Source: an uncultured Chloroflexia bacterium
GTDB taxonomy: Bacteria > Chloroflexota > Limnocylindria > Limnocylindrales > CSP1-4
DNA: 64,000 nt
Reading direction: 5' to 3'
NCBI GenBank assembly: GCA_963746845.1
Contig: CAVVCZ010000004.1
Coordinates: 736,001-800,000, forward strand
Part shown: in pieces, positions 9,274 to 19,229 of the stretch
Layout: the number at the start of each line of letters is the position of its first letter
Position numbering within the stretch: the first letter of the stretch is position 1
Translations under genes and position numbers: made by a program
Notes under the pieces: model-generated
What the model was told of the DNA's origin: nothing
The model's database searches: none
Seen by the model: the letters and a program-made list of their open reading frames with translations, nothing else

Positions 9274-10323
9274 TCAGCTCGCGGCGAGACCCGACCGTGG
9301 ACGATCGGCGTGAGGCGCGATGGTCGCGAACTTGCGCCGATATGCGGCGGGTGTCAGCCCGGTCTTGCGCTTGAACAGGCGTCGGAAGAACGTCGGGTCC
9401 CCGTAGCCGACGCTGAACCCGACGTCGTCCACGGCGATGGAGCTGGATTCGAGAATCCGTCGAGCCTCGTCGATCCGGACGTCGTGCACGTATTCCATCG
9501 GCCGTCTACCGGTCGCGACGCGAAATCGACGACCGAACGTCCGCGGCAGCAGCGCCGACCGGTCGATCATCGCGGCAACCGGGTTGTCGGTCGCGTAGTT
9601 GTCGGCGATCCACGCCTGGGCGCGGACGACCGCCGCATCGTCCGGGTCGGTCCGGCGGACCATCGCGGCGTACGGGAGCTGGCCGTCCTGGTGTCCGGTC
9701 AGGAGGTGGACCTTGGCGGTCCGGACCGCGTGCTCCGCCCCGCACAGCCGGGCGATGACATGCAGGGCCAGGTCCTGCCACGCCGTCACTCCGCCGGCCG
9801 TGATGACCCCGTCGGTCTCGGTCCCGAGCACGAGGGTGGCGGCGACGTCGAACTTGACCCCCGGGTACTCGGACCCGAACAGGTCGGCGTAGGCCCAATG
9901 GCCGGCGCAGGCTCGGCCCTCGAGGAGGCCGGCTTCGGCGACGAGCAGCGATCCGGTGCACACAGAGGCAACGAGCGATCCGCGCGCGTGCATCTCGCGG
10001 ATCCAGGCGGCTTCTCGCGCGTACCGGCCCCCGGGTGCCGTGGTGATCGGCGTGTAGAGGTCGCACACGATCACGACGTCGTAGCGGTCGGCGACGTCGA
10101 TGGCGGCGTGCGGCTCGATGAGGACATTCCCGAAGCACCGGAATGGCTCCGCCCCCGCCGCAACGATCCTGACGTCGAGGAGCGCATCTCCCGGCTGCCC
10201 TGTCGTCATGTCCGGGTAGACCGCGCCGACCGAGCTCAGGACGTCATAGAGCCCGAACAAGATCGCAGGCGACGACTCCGGCGCGGCGAAGAGCGCGACC
10301 CGGGGCTTGTGCGGACCGTCCAC
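9274..10323 (-). CDS. GlxA-family AraC regulator (DJ-1/PfpI + AraC HTH)
   Basis: SVCTGSLLVAEAGLL, ITAGG, C-terminal VGYGDPTFFRRLFKRKTGLTPAAYRR. Confidence 0.92.
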   Translation of the reverse strand: MDGPHKPRVALFAAPESSPAILFGLYDVLSSVGAVYPDMTTGQPGDALLDVRIVAAGAEPFRCFGNVLIEPHAAIDVADRYDVVIVCDLYTPITTAPGGRYAREAAWIREMHARGSLVASVCTGSLLVAEAGLLEGRACAGHWAYADLFGSEYPGVKFDVAATLVLGTETDGVITAGGVTAWQDLALHVIARLCGAEHAVRTAKVHLLTGHQDGQLPYAAMVRRTDPDDAAVVRAQAWIADNYATDNPVAAMIDRSALLPRTFGRRFRVATGRRPMEYVHDVRIDEARRILESSSIAVDDVGFSVGYGDPTFFRRLFKRKTGLTPAAYRRKFATIAPHADRPRSGLAAS

Positions 10324-10352
10324 GGGATCCCTCCTGTCGTCGAGCGAGTCAC

Positions 10353-10384
10353 TTTTGCCCCGGATTCATGCAATCTGTCTCTGG
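10353..10384 (+). promoter_or_regulatory. Putative GlxA/AraC operator, copy 2
   Basis: TTTTGCCCCGGATTCATGCAATCTGTCTCTGG upstream of the FAD oxidoreductase. Confidence 0.65.
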
Positions 10385-10468
10385 TTGCATCCTACGGCCC
10401 CGCAGACCATCCGATGCACGGACCGCGGCCGAGCATCAATGCCGGCGGCGGCGACGCGGCGGGAGAGG

Positions 10469-11905
10469 ATGATGAACCTCGTGGCTGGCCAGGATCTCGA
10501 CGCGTGGACGGAGCTGGGTGATGAGGCCGTCGGCGCCCTGCGACGGACCGTGGGCGGCGACGTCCTCGTGGCCGGCGATCCCGAGTACGACGCGGCTCGA
10601 GCCGTCTGGAACGCGATGATCGACCGCCGTCCCGGCGTCATCGTCCGATGCCGAACGACGGCCGATGTGATCGCCGCGGTCACGTTCGCTCGCGAGCACG
10701 GTCAGCCGATCTCGATCCGTGGTGGCGGGCACAACGTGGCCGGCCATGCGGTCGCCGACGGGGGCGTGATGATCGATCTCTCGGCGATGAACAGCGTCCG
10801 CGTCGACCCGGAACGTGCTCGTGCGTTCGTCGAGGGTGGCGCAACGTGGGCAGCCGTCGATCGCGCGACGCACGAGTTCGGACTCGCGACGCCGGGTGGC
10901 CTGATCTCGGACACCGGCGTTGGCGGGCTGACCCTCAGCGGAGGGATCGGTTGGCTGCGCAGCCGATACGGCCTGGCGATCGACAATCTCGTGTCGGCGG
11001 AGGTCGTCATCGCCGACGGCCGGCTCGTGCGCGCAAGTGCCACCGAGAACGAGGATCTGTTCTGGGCGCTCCGCGGCGGCGGCGGCAACTTCGGCGTCGT
11101 CACCGCCTTCGAGTTCGCCCTGCATCGGGTCGGTCCGACGGTGATGTTCGCGGCGCCGATCCTCCCGATCGAGGCGGGCGCCGGCCCGATCCGGGCGTGG
11201 CGCGACTTCCTGGCCGACAGGCACGGGGACGTCGGCTCGCTGATCGAGTTCTCGACGATCCCTGCGGTCCCCGACTACCCGGAGGCCGCCTGGGGTCGGC
11301 GCGTCTACACGGTCGCGGCGCTCTATGCGGGCGACCCCGACGAAGGCGAGGCGATCCTTCAGCCGCTGCGCGAGCTTGGCGAGCCGCTCGTCGACTTCAC
11401 CGGGCAGATGGCGTATCGCGATGTCCAGCAGCTGTTCGATGCGGTGATCCCGTTCGGCAAGCACCGCTGCTACTGGAAGAGCCGCTACCTGCGCGGCCTC
11501 GACGATGAGGCGATCGACCTGATCGTCGCCGGCAACCAGCGGCCGCCATCGCCGAACACGCTGTCGTCGATCTGGAACTTCGGCGGCGCCACGGCCGCGG
11601 TCGATGCCGACGCCACCGCGTTCGGCGATCGCTCGATGCCCTGGATGGTGTCGATCGACTCGATCTGGGACACCGCAGACCAGGACGACGCCAACATCGC
11701 CTGGACCCGTGCGTTCTGGGAGCGCCTCGAGCCCCATGCGGACCGCGGCCGGATCTACCTGAACTTCGCCGGTCACGGCGAGGACAACGACGAGCTGACT
11801 CGCCGGACGTTCGGACCGAACTACGGACGGCTGGCGGAGATCAAGCGTCGGTACGACCCGACGAACATGTTCCGCTTCAACCAGAACATCCAACCGGCGA
11901 CCTGA
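10469..11905 (+). CDS. FAD-binding oxidoreductase, BBE/6-hydroxy-D-nicotine oxidase-like
   Basis: RGGGHN (covalent FAD His), GLTLSGGIG, ALRGGGGNFGVVT, YLNF, KRRYDPTNMFRFNQNI. Confidence 0.92.
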   Translation: MMNLVAGQDLDAWTELGDEAVGALRRTVGGDVLVAGDPEYDAARAVWNAMIDRRPGVIVRCRTTADVIAAVTFAREHGQPISIRGGGHNVAGHAVADGGVMIDLSAMNSVRVDPERARAFVEGGATWAAVDRATHEFGLATPGGLISDTGVGGLTLSGGIGWLRSRYGLAIDNLVSAEVVIADGRLVRASATENEDLFWALRGGGGNFGVVTAFEFALHRVGPTVMFAAPILPIEAGAGPIRAWRDFLADRHGDVGSLIEFSTIPAVPDYPEAAWGRRVYTVAALYAGDPDEGEAILQPLRELGEPLVDFTGQMAYRDVQQLFDAVIPFGKHRCYWKSRYLRGLDDEAIDLIVAGNQRPPSPNTLSSIWNFGGATAAVDADATAFGDRSMPWMVSIDSIWDTADQDDANIAWTRAFWERLEPHADRGRIYLNFAGHGEDNDELTRRTFGPNYGRLAEIKRRYDPTNMFRFNQNIQPAT

Positions 11906-11932
11906 GCGTCCGACCAACGGCGGGTGCGCGAA

Positions 11933-11961
11933 GCGCCCGGCCGACTCTGTCGACCGGGCGC
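11933..11961. terminator. Hairpin between convergent genes
   Basis: GCGCCCGG-C-CGAC-TCT-GTCG-A-CCGGGCGC. Confidence 0.45.
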
Positions 11962-11991
11962 CGTTGATCCGAGGGGCTGTGAGCCCCGCGG

Positions 11992-12807
11992 CTAGAACTC
12001 GATGCGCTCCATCCGCCACGAGGCGAACCCCGCCAGCGCGACGACCGAGGCAGCCCAGACGATCGGGGTCACGATCCCCGCGTCCGCTCCGCCGATCAGC
12101 GCCAGGGTCCAATTCATGATCGACGTCGGCAGGAACGCCGAGATGTCGACCGGCAGCAGGCTCACGAGGATCTGCGGCAGGAGGAAGACCGCGAACCCGA
12201 TCGCCGCGACGGCGGCCTGGTTCGGGATGACGGTCGAGACCGCGAGCACGACCGCGACCATGAACGCGATCGAGGCCGCGACCCCGAGCGCCGCCAGCGC
12301 GAACGTCCCGAGGCCCGCCGAGCCGTAGAGCACGACCACGACCCCGAAGGTCGCCGCCATCGGGATGAGCCCCGCGACGATCGTCACGACGATCGCGGCG
12401 GCCGTCCACTTGGACAGCCAGATCGCTCCGCGCGAGACCGGCTTCGACGCGACCCAGGCGAGCGTCCCGCGCTCGCGCTCGGCAACGAGCAGGCTCATCG
12501 CCGCGAAGATCGCGACGATCACGAAGATCTGGGACGCGATCGCCCCGAGGAAGTTTGTCGTCGGATCGAGCGAGATCGGCCCGGCGTGCACGGTCGCATC
12601 CGGGATGTTCGCGACGATCCAGGTGTTGAGCGCGGCGTTGGCCGCGGTCAGGACCATGAACGCCGTCGTGACCCCGAGGATCACCCACAGGCGCTTGCCG
12701 TGGGCCCACTCGTGGAGCTCCTTGCGGAACAGCGGGCCGAAGCCCGCGACGCGGTCGGCGGAGGTCCGCCCGGAGGTCCGGACGGGAAGCGAGATCGAGG
12801 CGGTCAT
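11992..12807 (-). CDS. ABC-2 type exporter permease
   Basis: Six TM segments; ERERGTLAWVASKPVSR..K motif. Confidence 0.88.
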   Translation of the reverse strand: MTASISLPVRTSGRTSADRVAGFGPLFRKELHEWAHGKRLWVILGVTTAFMVLTAANAALNTWIVANIPDATVHAGPISLDPTTNFLGAIASQIFVIVAIFAAMSLLVAERERGTLAWVASKPVSRGAIWLSKWTAAAIVVTIVAGLIPMAATFGVVVVLYGSAGLGTFALAALGVAASIAFMVAVVLAVSTVIPNQAAVAAIGFAVFLLPQILVSLLPVDISAFLPTSIMNWTLALIGGADAGIVTPIVWAASVVALAGFASWRMERIEF

Positions 12808-13763
12808 GCCGCAGGCTCCTTGGTGTCGACGAGGCGAAGGAAGACGTCTTCCAGCCCGAGGCGGACGACGTGGTTCTCGGTGACGGTCTGGCCGTGGTCG
12901 GCGGCGAACCGGGTGATCGCGGCCTGCACGGCGGCCGTGGCGTCCGGCGCGATCCGGACGACGTAGCTGCGAAGGTCTCCGGTGCGGCCGGCCGGTTCGA
13001 CCGACACGACACCGGGGATCGAGGCGATCGCTACGGCGGTCGCATCGTCGGCGCCGCCGATGACGACCCGGAGCTGGTCCTGATCGAAGCTCGCGAGGAG
13101 CTCGGCGGTGGGGGCGGAACGGACGAGCCGGCCGCCGTCGAGGATCGCGACGTGATCGCTGACGCGCTCGACGTCGTCGAGGATGTGGGTCGAATAGAAG
13201 ACCGTGACCTCGCCCCGGAGCTCGCGCATCAGGTCGAGGACCTCATGGCGACCGATGGGGTCGAGGGCGCTGACGGGTTCATCGAGCAGCAGCAGCGCCG
13301 GCGAGCCGATGAGCGCCTGGGCGATGCCGAGCCGCTGCCGCATCCCGCCCGAGTAAGTCGAGGTGCGTCGGTCGGCCGCGTCGGCCAGGCCGACCCGGTC
13401 GAGAATGGCGGCGACCTTCGCCGCATCCGCCCGACCCGTGGCCGGATACAGCGAGGCGACGAACTTGAGGGTCTCCCGACCGGTCATCCAGTCGTAGAAG
13501 GTGGGCTCCTGGGCGAGATAGCCCACCTCGCGCCGGTAGCCGGGGCCCGCGGTCACGGGGATGCCGGCGACCGACGCGCTGCCGCCTGTCGGCTTCGTGA
13601 GCCCGGCCAGCATCTTGATCGTGGTCGACTTGCCGGCGCCGTTGGGGCCGAGGAAGCCATAGATCGAACCCACCGGCACCTCCAGGCTGAGGTCGGTCAC
13701 GGCCGCCACGCCCGGGTAGTGCTTGGTGAGTCCGGCCATCGAGATGGCCGAGTCGAGGGTCAT
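12804..13763 (-). CDS. ABC exporter ATP-binding protein
   Basis: GPNGAGKS, YSGGMRQ, LLLLDEP, STH. Confidence 0.93.
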   Translation of the reverse strand: MTLDSAISMAGLTKHYPGVAAVTDLSLEVPVGSIYGFLGPNGAGKSTTIKMLAGLTKPTGGSASVAGIPVTAGPGYRREVGYLAQEPTFYDWMTGRETLKFVASLYPATGRADAAKVAAILDRVGLADAADRRTSTYSGGMRQRLGIAQALIGSPALLLLDEPVSALDPIGRHEVLDLMRELRGEVTVFYSTHILDDVERVSDHVAILDGGRLVRSAPTAELLASFDQDQLRVVIGGADDATAVAIASIPGVVSVEPAGRTGDLRSYVVRIAPDATAAVQAAITRFAADHGQTVTENHVVRLGLEDVFLRLVDTKEPAA

Positions 13764-13895
13764 CGTGGTAGATCTCCTGAGTCAGGCGAACTGGGCCGTT
13801 CGCCGTGACATCAGGTTCGCCCGCGCGCTCGCCGGCGTCGTCGGTCCCGGGTCTCGAAGTCCGGACCCGATGTGGCTCGGTTCCCGGGCGTCAGC

Positions 13896-14597
13896 TCATC
13901 CCGTGGTATCGGCCGCGTCTACGACCGACCCGGGCCGGATGAGCCCGGCCTCGTAGGCGAGCACGACCGCCTGGGCCCGGTCGCGCAGCCCGAGCTTGTC
14001 GAACACGTGCGAGACGTGGGTCTTCACCGTCGGTTCAGCGAGGACGAGCCGATCGGCGATCTCGCGGTTCGACAGACCGCGACCGACGAGCTTCAGGACC
14101 TCGATCTCGCGCTCGGTCAGGTCCCGGAGGGCCGCGTTGCGCTCGTCATTGACGGGCGGCAGGCGGTCCGCATACCGGTCGAGCAGACGCCGTGTCACCG
14201 CCGGGGCGAGGAGCGCATCGCCGTCGGCGATGGTCTTGATCGCGATGACGAAGTCGGCCGGGGTCACGTCCTTGAGCAGGAACCCGCTGGCCCCGGCCCG
14301 CAGGGCCTCGACGACGTTCTCGTCGGCATCGAACGTGGTGAGGATGAGGACCCGGGCGTTCGGTGCGGCACCGTCGCGAACGATCCGCCGGGTCGCCTCG
14401 ATCCCATTCAGGACCGGCATCCGGATGTCCATCACCACGACATCGGGGTGGAGACGCTCGGCGGCCTCGACCCCTCCCCTGCCATCGGCCGCCTCGCCGA
14501 CCACCTCGATGCCCGGCTCATCCTCGAGGATCATCCGGAACCCGGTCCGCACGAGCGCCTGGTCGTCCACCAGGATCACCCGGATCGCGTCGCTCAT
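13896..14597 (-). CDS. NarL/LuxR-family response regulator
   Basis: LVDD, MDIRMP, GFLLK, LuxR HTH GLSNREIA..TVKTHV. Confidence 0.93.
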   Translation of the reverse strand: MSDAIRVILVDDQALVRTGFRMILEDEPGIEVVGEAADGRGGVEAAERLHPDVVVMDIRMPVLNGIEATRRIVRDGAAPNARVLILTTFDADENVVEALRAGASGFLLKDVTPADFVIAIKTIADGDALLAPAVTRRLLDRYADRLPPVNDERNAALRDLTEREIEVLKLVGRGLSNREIADRLVLAEPTVKTHVSHVFDKLGLRDRAQAVVLAYEAGLIRPGSVVDAADTTG

Positions 14598-15793
14598 GCG
14601 GCGGCCACCGGCTCTGGTTCGATCGGCAGGCGGGCGCGGACCCGGAACCCGGTCGGCGTCGGACCCGCTTCGAACTCGCCCCCGAAGATCGCCACCCGCT
14701 CCCGCATGCCGATCAGGCCACGACCGCCGCCCTCGGTCTCGCCGACGTCACGCCGGCCGGCCCCGCCCTGGTCGGTGACCTCGATCTCCAGAGCCTTGGG
14801 TTCGTAGGCGAGACGCACGCGGGCACGGGCGCCACGAGCGTGCTTCAGTGCGTTCGTGAGCGCCTCCTGGACGATCCGGTAGGCGGACAGCTCGACGCCG
14901 GCGTCGAGCGGACGCCGGACGCCGTCCAGGGACAGCTCCACCGGGAGCCCGGCGGCCCGGACCTCCTCGATGAGCTCACCGAGGCGCTCGAGACGCGGCA
15001 TCGGGGCTCGCGCCTCGTCGCCCGCCGCCGACGTGCCGGGCGCGTCGCCGAGGATGCCGAGCATGCGCCGCATGTCGATCAGCGCCTCGCGACTCGTCCG
15101 GTCGATCGCCTCGAGCGCCGCTCGGGCCTCTTCCGGTCGTCGAGCGAGCGCGGTCAACCCGGCACCCGCCTGGATCACGATCACGCTGACATGATGCGTG
15201 ACGATGTCGTGCAGCTCGCGGGCGATCCGCTCGCGCTCGGCGTCGACCGCGCGGCGCGAGCGCTCCTCGCGTTCGGCCTCCTGGAGCCGGGCGTTCTCCT
15301 CGATCGCGGCGGCGTACTTCGTCCGCGTCCGGGCCCAATCGCCGAGTGCCAGGATGATGGCGACCGACAGCATCGTCTGGATGGTCCCGGCGACGGCAAC
15401 CTGCGTGCCGGCCTTGGCCACGATGACCCCGAGGAAGGTGGCGGCGACGCAGAGGGCCGCGACGATCGCCACGCGCCGTTCGTACCGCTCCGCGACGGTG
15501 AACAGGGCCACGAGCGCCCCCAGGCTCTCGTTGACGACCGGGCCCTGGACCAGGGAGGCATGAAGGGCGGTGGCGGTCAGCGTCACGACGAGGACCGGGA
15601 TCGGCCAGCGCCGGCGGACGAGGAGCGGGAGCGTCTCGAGCAGGAGGAGCGCGATGCTGAGGGGATCGCTCTGCCCCGCGTCGGGCGAGCCGCTCGCCAC
15701 GGCAAACAGCGACAGCACGGCCAGGCCCAGGGCGATCGTCGCGTCGACGAGCCACGGGAGCACGGGCAGCCGCGCGCGGAATCGTGTCATCAC
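14594..15793 (-). CDS. Membrane sensor histidine kinase (HisKA_3)
   Basis: TM helices, ERERIARELHD, QEALTNALKH, GRGLIGMRER; GTG start 7 nt after TACGCT. Confidence 0.92.
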   Translation of the reverse strand: MMTRFRARLPVLPWLVDATIALGLAVLSLFAVASGSPDAGQSDPLSIALLLLETLPLLVRRRWPIPVLVVTLTATALHASLVQGPVVNESLGALVALFTVAERYERRVAIVAALCVAATFLGVIVAKAGTQVAVAGTIQTMLSVAIILALGDWARTRTKYAAAIEENARLQEAEREERSRRAVDAERERIARELHDIVTHHVSVIVIQAGAGLTALARRPEEARAALEAIDRTSREALIDMRRMLGILGDAPGTSAAGDEARAPMPRLERLGELIEEVRAAGLPVELSLDGVRRPLDAGVELSAYRIVQEALTNALKHARGARARVRLAYEPKALEIEVTDQGGAGRRDVGETEGGGRGLIGMRERVAIFGGEFEAGPTPTGFRVRARLPIEPEPVAAA

Positions 15794-15877
15794 GCCGGGA
15801 AGCGTAGAGGTCCGGTTCGGGCGCGACATCATGCCGCGGGTGGAGATCCGGCCACGACCCGGAGATGAGCCGTCCTC

Positions 15878-15912
15878 TTGACAGGCTCGTGATACAACCG
15901 TATGGTTGTATC
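15878..15912 (+). promoter_or_regulatory. Sigma70 promoter with overlapping ArsR operator palindrome (leaderless)
   Basis: TTGACA-17-TATGGT-7-ATG; GATACAACC-gtat-GGTTGTATC at 15891-15912. Confidence 0.8.
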
Positions 15913-15913
15913 A

Positions 15914-16249
15914 ATGCAGCTCGCCTTCAACGCCGACCACCTCTTTGCCGCCCTGGCCGATGCCACCCGACGGGACATCGTCCTGCGCGCATTGAACGGC
16001 AACGAAGGCGTCGCCGAGCTGGCCGGCCACTACCCGATGAGCTTTGCGGCCGTGCAGAAGCACGTCGCCGTGCTGGAGCGGGCCGGCCTGATCACCAAGG
16101 AGCGCACCGGCCGCCGCAAGGTGGTGCGCACGAACATCGAGGCGCTCCGTCTTGCGCGGGGCCTGCTCGATCAGTACGAGGCGCTGTGGCGCGGTCGCGT
16201 CGACCGCATGACCGAGCTCATCACCAGCACGGAGGAGACCATCGCATGA
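15914..16249 (+). CDS. ArsR/SmtB-family transcriptional regulator
   Basis: FAALADATRRDIV, AVQKHVAVLERAGLI. Confidence 0.9.
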   Translation: MQLAFNADHLFAALADATRRDIVLRALNGNEGVAELAGHYPMSFAAVQKHVAVLERAGLITKERTGRRKVVRTNIEALRLARGLLDQYEALWRGRVDRMTELITSTEETIA

Positions 16250-16761
16250 CTGTCACCGCTGTCCGGAAGGATCCGGAGACCCTGACCATGACCCTGACCG
16301 CCGAGTTCGAAGCGTCACCCGAGCGCGTCTGGGACCTGTGGGCCGATCCGCGCCAGCTCGAGCGCTGGTGGGGTCCGCCGACCTACCCCGCCACCTTCAC
16401 GGCCCATGATCTCGCGCCAGGCGCTCGCGTCGAGTACTACATGACAGGCCCCAGCGGCGACCAGCCGCACGGCTACTGGGACGTCGTCGAGGCGGATCCG
16501 CCGCGCCGGCTCGTCTTCGTCGATGGGTTCGCAGGTCAAGACGGCACCCCTGACGACGCCTTTCCGCGCAACGAGGGCCGCGTGACGATCGAGCCGATCG
16601 CCGCCGGTCGGACCCGCATGTCGATCGTGAGCCGCTTCCCGAGCATCGAGGCGATGGAGCAGGTCCTCGCCATGGGCATGGAAGAGGGCCTCACCCAGGC
16701 CGTCGGCCAGATCGACGCCATCCTCGCCGAAGGGGCCGTGACGACAGGAGGGACCCGATGA
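16246..16761 (+). CDS. SRPBCC/AHSA1 domain protein
   Basis: ERVWDLWADPRQLERWWGP, MGMEEG; ATGA overlap with ArsR. Confidence 0.9.
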   Translation: MTVTAVRKDPETLTMTLTAEFEASPERVWDLWADPRQLERWWGPPTYPATFTAHDLAPGARVEYYMTGPSGDQPHGYWDVVEADPPRRLVFVDGFAGQDGTPDDAFPRNEGRVTIEPIAAGRTRMSIVSRFPSIEAMEQVLAMGMEEGLTQAVGQIDAILAEGAVTTGGTR

Positions 16762-17643
16762 CCACGCTGACCGAGCCCACGACGCGCACCCTGGACGCAC
16801 CCGGCGCGACCCTGACGTACGACGTCCGAACGGCCGTCTCTGGCGCCTCCCCTGCCCCGGTTCTCCTCCTGATCGGATCGCCGATGGGCGCCGGCGGGTT
16901 CGGCACGCTCGCCGGGCACTTCACGGATCGAACCGTGGTGACCTACGACCCGCGGGGCGTCGAGCGAAGCACGAAGGCCGATCCAGCCAGCCCGTCGACG
17001 CCCGACGAGCACGCCGACGACCTGCATCGGATCATCGACGAGCTCGGCGCAGGCCAGGTCGACCTCTTCGCAAGCAGCGGTGGCGCGGTGAATGCGCTCG
17101 CCCTGGTTGCGAAGCACTCCAAGCAGGTCCGGACGCTCGTCGCGCACGAGCCGCCGCTCGCGTCGATCCTGCCCGATCGCGAGGGCGCTATGGCCGCTCA
17201 CCGAGGCGATCCGCGACACGTACCAGCGCAGCGGGTTCGGTCCCGCCATGGCCCAGTTCATCGTCGCCGTGAGCCACAAGGGTCCGATGACGCTGGAGTT
17301 CGCTCATCAGCCGGCTCCGGACCCCGCGATGTTCGGACTACCGGCCGGCGATGACGGCACCCGCACTGATCCGCTGCTGGCCCAGAACATCGTGACCTGC
17401 ACGCACTACGAGCCCGACTTCGACGCGCTGCGGTCAGCCTCGACCCGGATCGTCCTCGCGGCCGGCGCCGAATCCGAGGGCGAGATGGCCCATCGCGGCG
17501 CGGAGGCCGTCGCCGAGCGACTCGGCACGCCCGTGGCCGCTTTCCCGAGCAACCACGGTGGCTTCCTCGGCGGCGAGTACGGCCAGACGGGAGATCCCGA
17601 CGGCTTCGCCACGAAGCTGCGCGAGGTCCTGGCCGGGGCCTGA
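16758..17643 (+). CDS. Alpha/beta hydrolase (frameshift near 17195)
   Basis: YDPRG, ASSGG, HEPP in ORF 16758; C-terminal half (…FPSNHGGF) in ORF 17092..17643. Confidence 0.8.
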
Positions 17644-17652
17644 ACCCGGGGG

Positions 17653-18042
17653 TCAGTTGTCGGAGGGGTCGCGATCCGGCTTCGCGGCCCGCTTCGACCG
17701 CGGTCGGCTCGCGCTCGGCGACGCGGTCGCCTTCGGGGTGCGCGTCCGCGGGCGCTTCGCCGGCTTCGGTGCGTCGGTCGACACGGCGCTCGCACCAGCG
17801 GGCTTGTCGGCCACCGGGGCGGATAACGCCGCGGGCGCGGCTGCCGGTGCGGGTTTCGCACGCGGCTTCGCCCACTCGGGCGAGAACTCGGCGGGATCGA
17901 ACAGGATCTGGCGGAAGATCGCGGCCGGCAACAGCACGGGCAGCGGTTCCCACATGGCATCCTCGAGCGCGACCGCGCCGCCGTTGACCGGCGGCCGGTC
18001 GGCTCCTGGGCGGCGTCGCGAGAGGAAGGGGACGCGAGGCAT
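17653..18042 (-). CDS. Small hypothetical protein with basic Pro/Ala/Lys/Arg-rich C-terminal tail
   Basis: ATG 6 nt after TACTCT; fills the gap between genes; MPRVPFLSRRR...KPAKRPRTRTPKA. Confidence 0.55.
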   Translation of the reverse strand: MPRVPFLSRRRPGADRPPVNGGAVALEDAMWEPLPVLLPAAIFRQILFDPAEFSPEWAKPRAKPAPAAAPAALSAPVADKPAGASAVSTDAPKPAKRPRTRTPKATASPSASRPRSKRAAKPDRDPSDN

Positions 18043-18110
18043 GAGCCGAGAGTAGGCGTCGCGGGGCCGCGCGTCTGTGGCGACAACGACCGAATCGGCT
18101 GGTACGTTCG

Positions 18111-18773
18111 TCATTCGTCCGCGGTTGACGGCGGGTCCGGAACCACGGTGTAGAAGGCGGTCGTGTTCGCGACGGCCTCGGCGGCCGCGGCCGGCTCGGC
18201 ACCGGCAGCCTCGTTCGCGGCTCCCCACGCGACGCTGCTCCGCGTCGAGAACTCGCGGCCCTCCTCGGACAGCTGCCAGGCGACCGGGTCGCCGACGGAT
18301 CCGCCGCGCAGATGGAGCGACAGCCCGAGGAGGCCGCCGTCCCAGCCGACGCCGACCGCGCCCGGACCGAACTGCGCCCACATCTCGTCCGGCACGACCG
18401 CCGTGTGCTCGAGCTCGAGCGTCGTCGTCCCCTCCGGCATCGCCGTGAGCCGCACCTCGAGCACTGAGGCATCGGCGGTGCCGGCGGCCTCGCCGTATTC
18501 CCAGGTCACCCGGAACCGATTCGGCGGCTCGCAGCTCAGGACCTCACCGCCGGCGTTGCCCGTCAGCTGATACCGCCCGCCCACGTGCAGGTCGCCGCTG
18601 ATCGGGAGGAACCAGCGGCTGATCCGCTCGGGGCTCGTCACCGCGTCCCAGACGTCCTCGATCGTCGCGTCGTACGTCCGGACCAGGCGGACCACGCGCG
18701 CCTCGCCCGCCGATGTTCGGGCGGTGCCCACCTCGCGTCGAACGGCCTCGATCTCGCGAATGATGTCGATCAT
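18111..18773 (-). CDS. SRPBCC/AHSA1 family protein
   Basis: DVWDAVTSPERISRWFLP, GPGAVGVGWD. Confidence 0.88.
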   Translation of the reverse strand: MIDIIREIEAVRREVGTARTSAGEARVVRLVRTYDATIEDVWDAVTSPERISRWFLPISGDLHVGGRYQLTGNAGGEVLSCEPPNRFRVTWEYGEAAGTADASVLEVRLTAMPEGTTTLELEHTAVVPDEMWAQFGPGAVGVGWDGGLLGLSLHLRGGSVGDPVAWQLSEEGREFSTRSSVAWGAANEAAGAEPAAAAEAVANTTAFYTVVPDPPSTADE

Positions 18774-19141
18774 CGATCTGGGTCCTCCTGTCGGGTGTCG
18801 GTGGCCGTGGCGGCGACGCGTCGCCCCCGTCTGCCACGAGCGATCTCGGTGGCGAGGGAGTCGAGGCGCTGCTCCCAGAAGCGGCGGAATCGGTCGAGCC
18901 ACATGTCGACCTCCTCGAGCGGCCCGGACTCGACGGCGTAGAGCCGACGGGCTCCGTCGGGACGGACGGTCGCGAAGCCGCTCTCCCGCAGGACCTTGAG
19001 ATGCTGCGAGACGGCCGGCTGCGTGATCCCGAACTCGGCCTGAACGACGTCGGTGATCGACCCGGAGCTGAGCTCGCCTTCAGAGAGCAGCTCCAGGATC
19101 CGGCGTCGGACCGGGTCACCGAGAACATCGAACGCGTGCAC
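18770..19141 (-). CDS. ArsR-family regulator
   Basis: HAFDVLGDPVRRRILELL, QPAVSQHLKVLRESG. Confidence 0.9.
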   Translation of the reverse strand: MHAFDVLGDPVRRRILELLSEGELSSGSITDVVQAEFGITQPAVSQHLKVLRESGFATVRPDGARRLYAVESGPLEEVDMWLDRFRRFWEQRLDSLATEIARGRRGRRVAATATDTRQEDPDR

Positions 19142-19147
19142 GGGCGC

Positions 19148-19177
19148 ATCGTATAAGCGCCACGTGATATAAGTCAA
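19148..19177 (-). promoter_or_regulatory. Sigma70 promoter, leaderless, AT-rich spacer with probable ArsR site
   Basis: TTGACT-18-TACGAT-6-GTG. Confidence 0.7.
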
Positions 19178-19229
19178 TACTGAACTTCTGGGCAACCCTG
19201 TGTGTGCCGACATCCGTACGCTACCGAGC

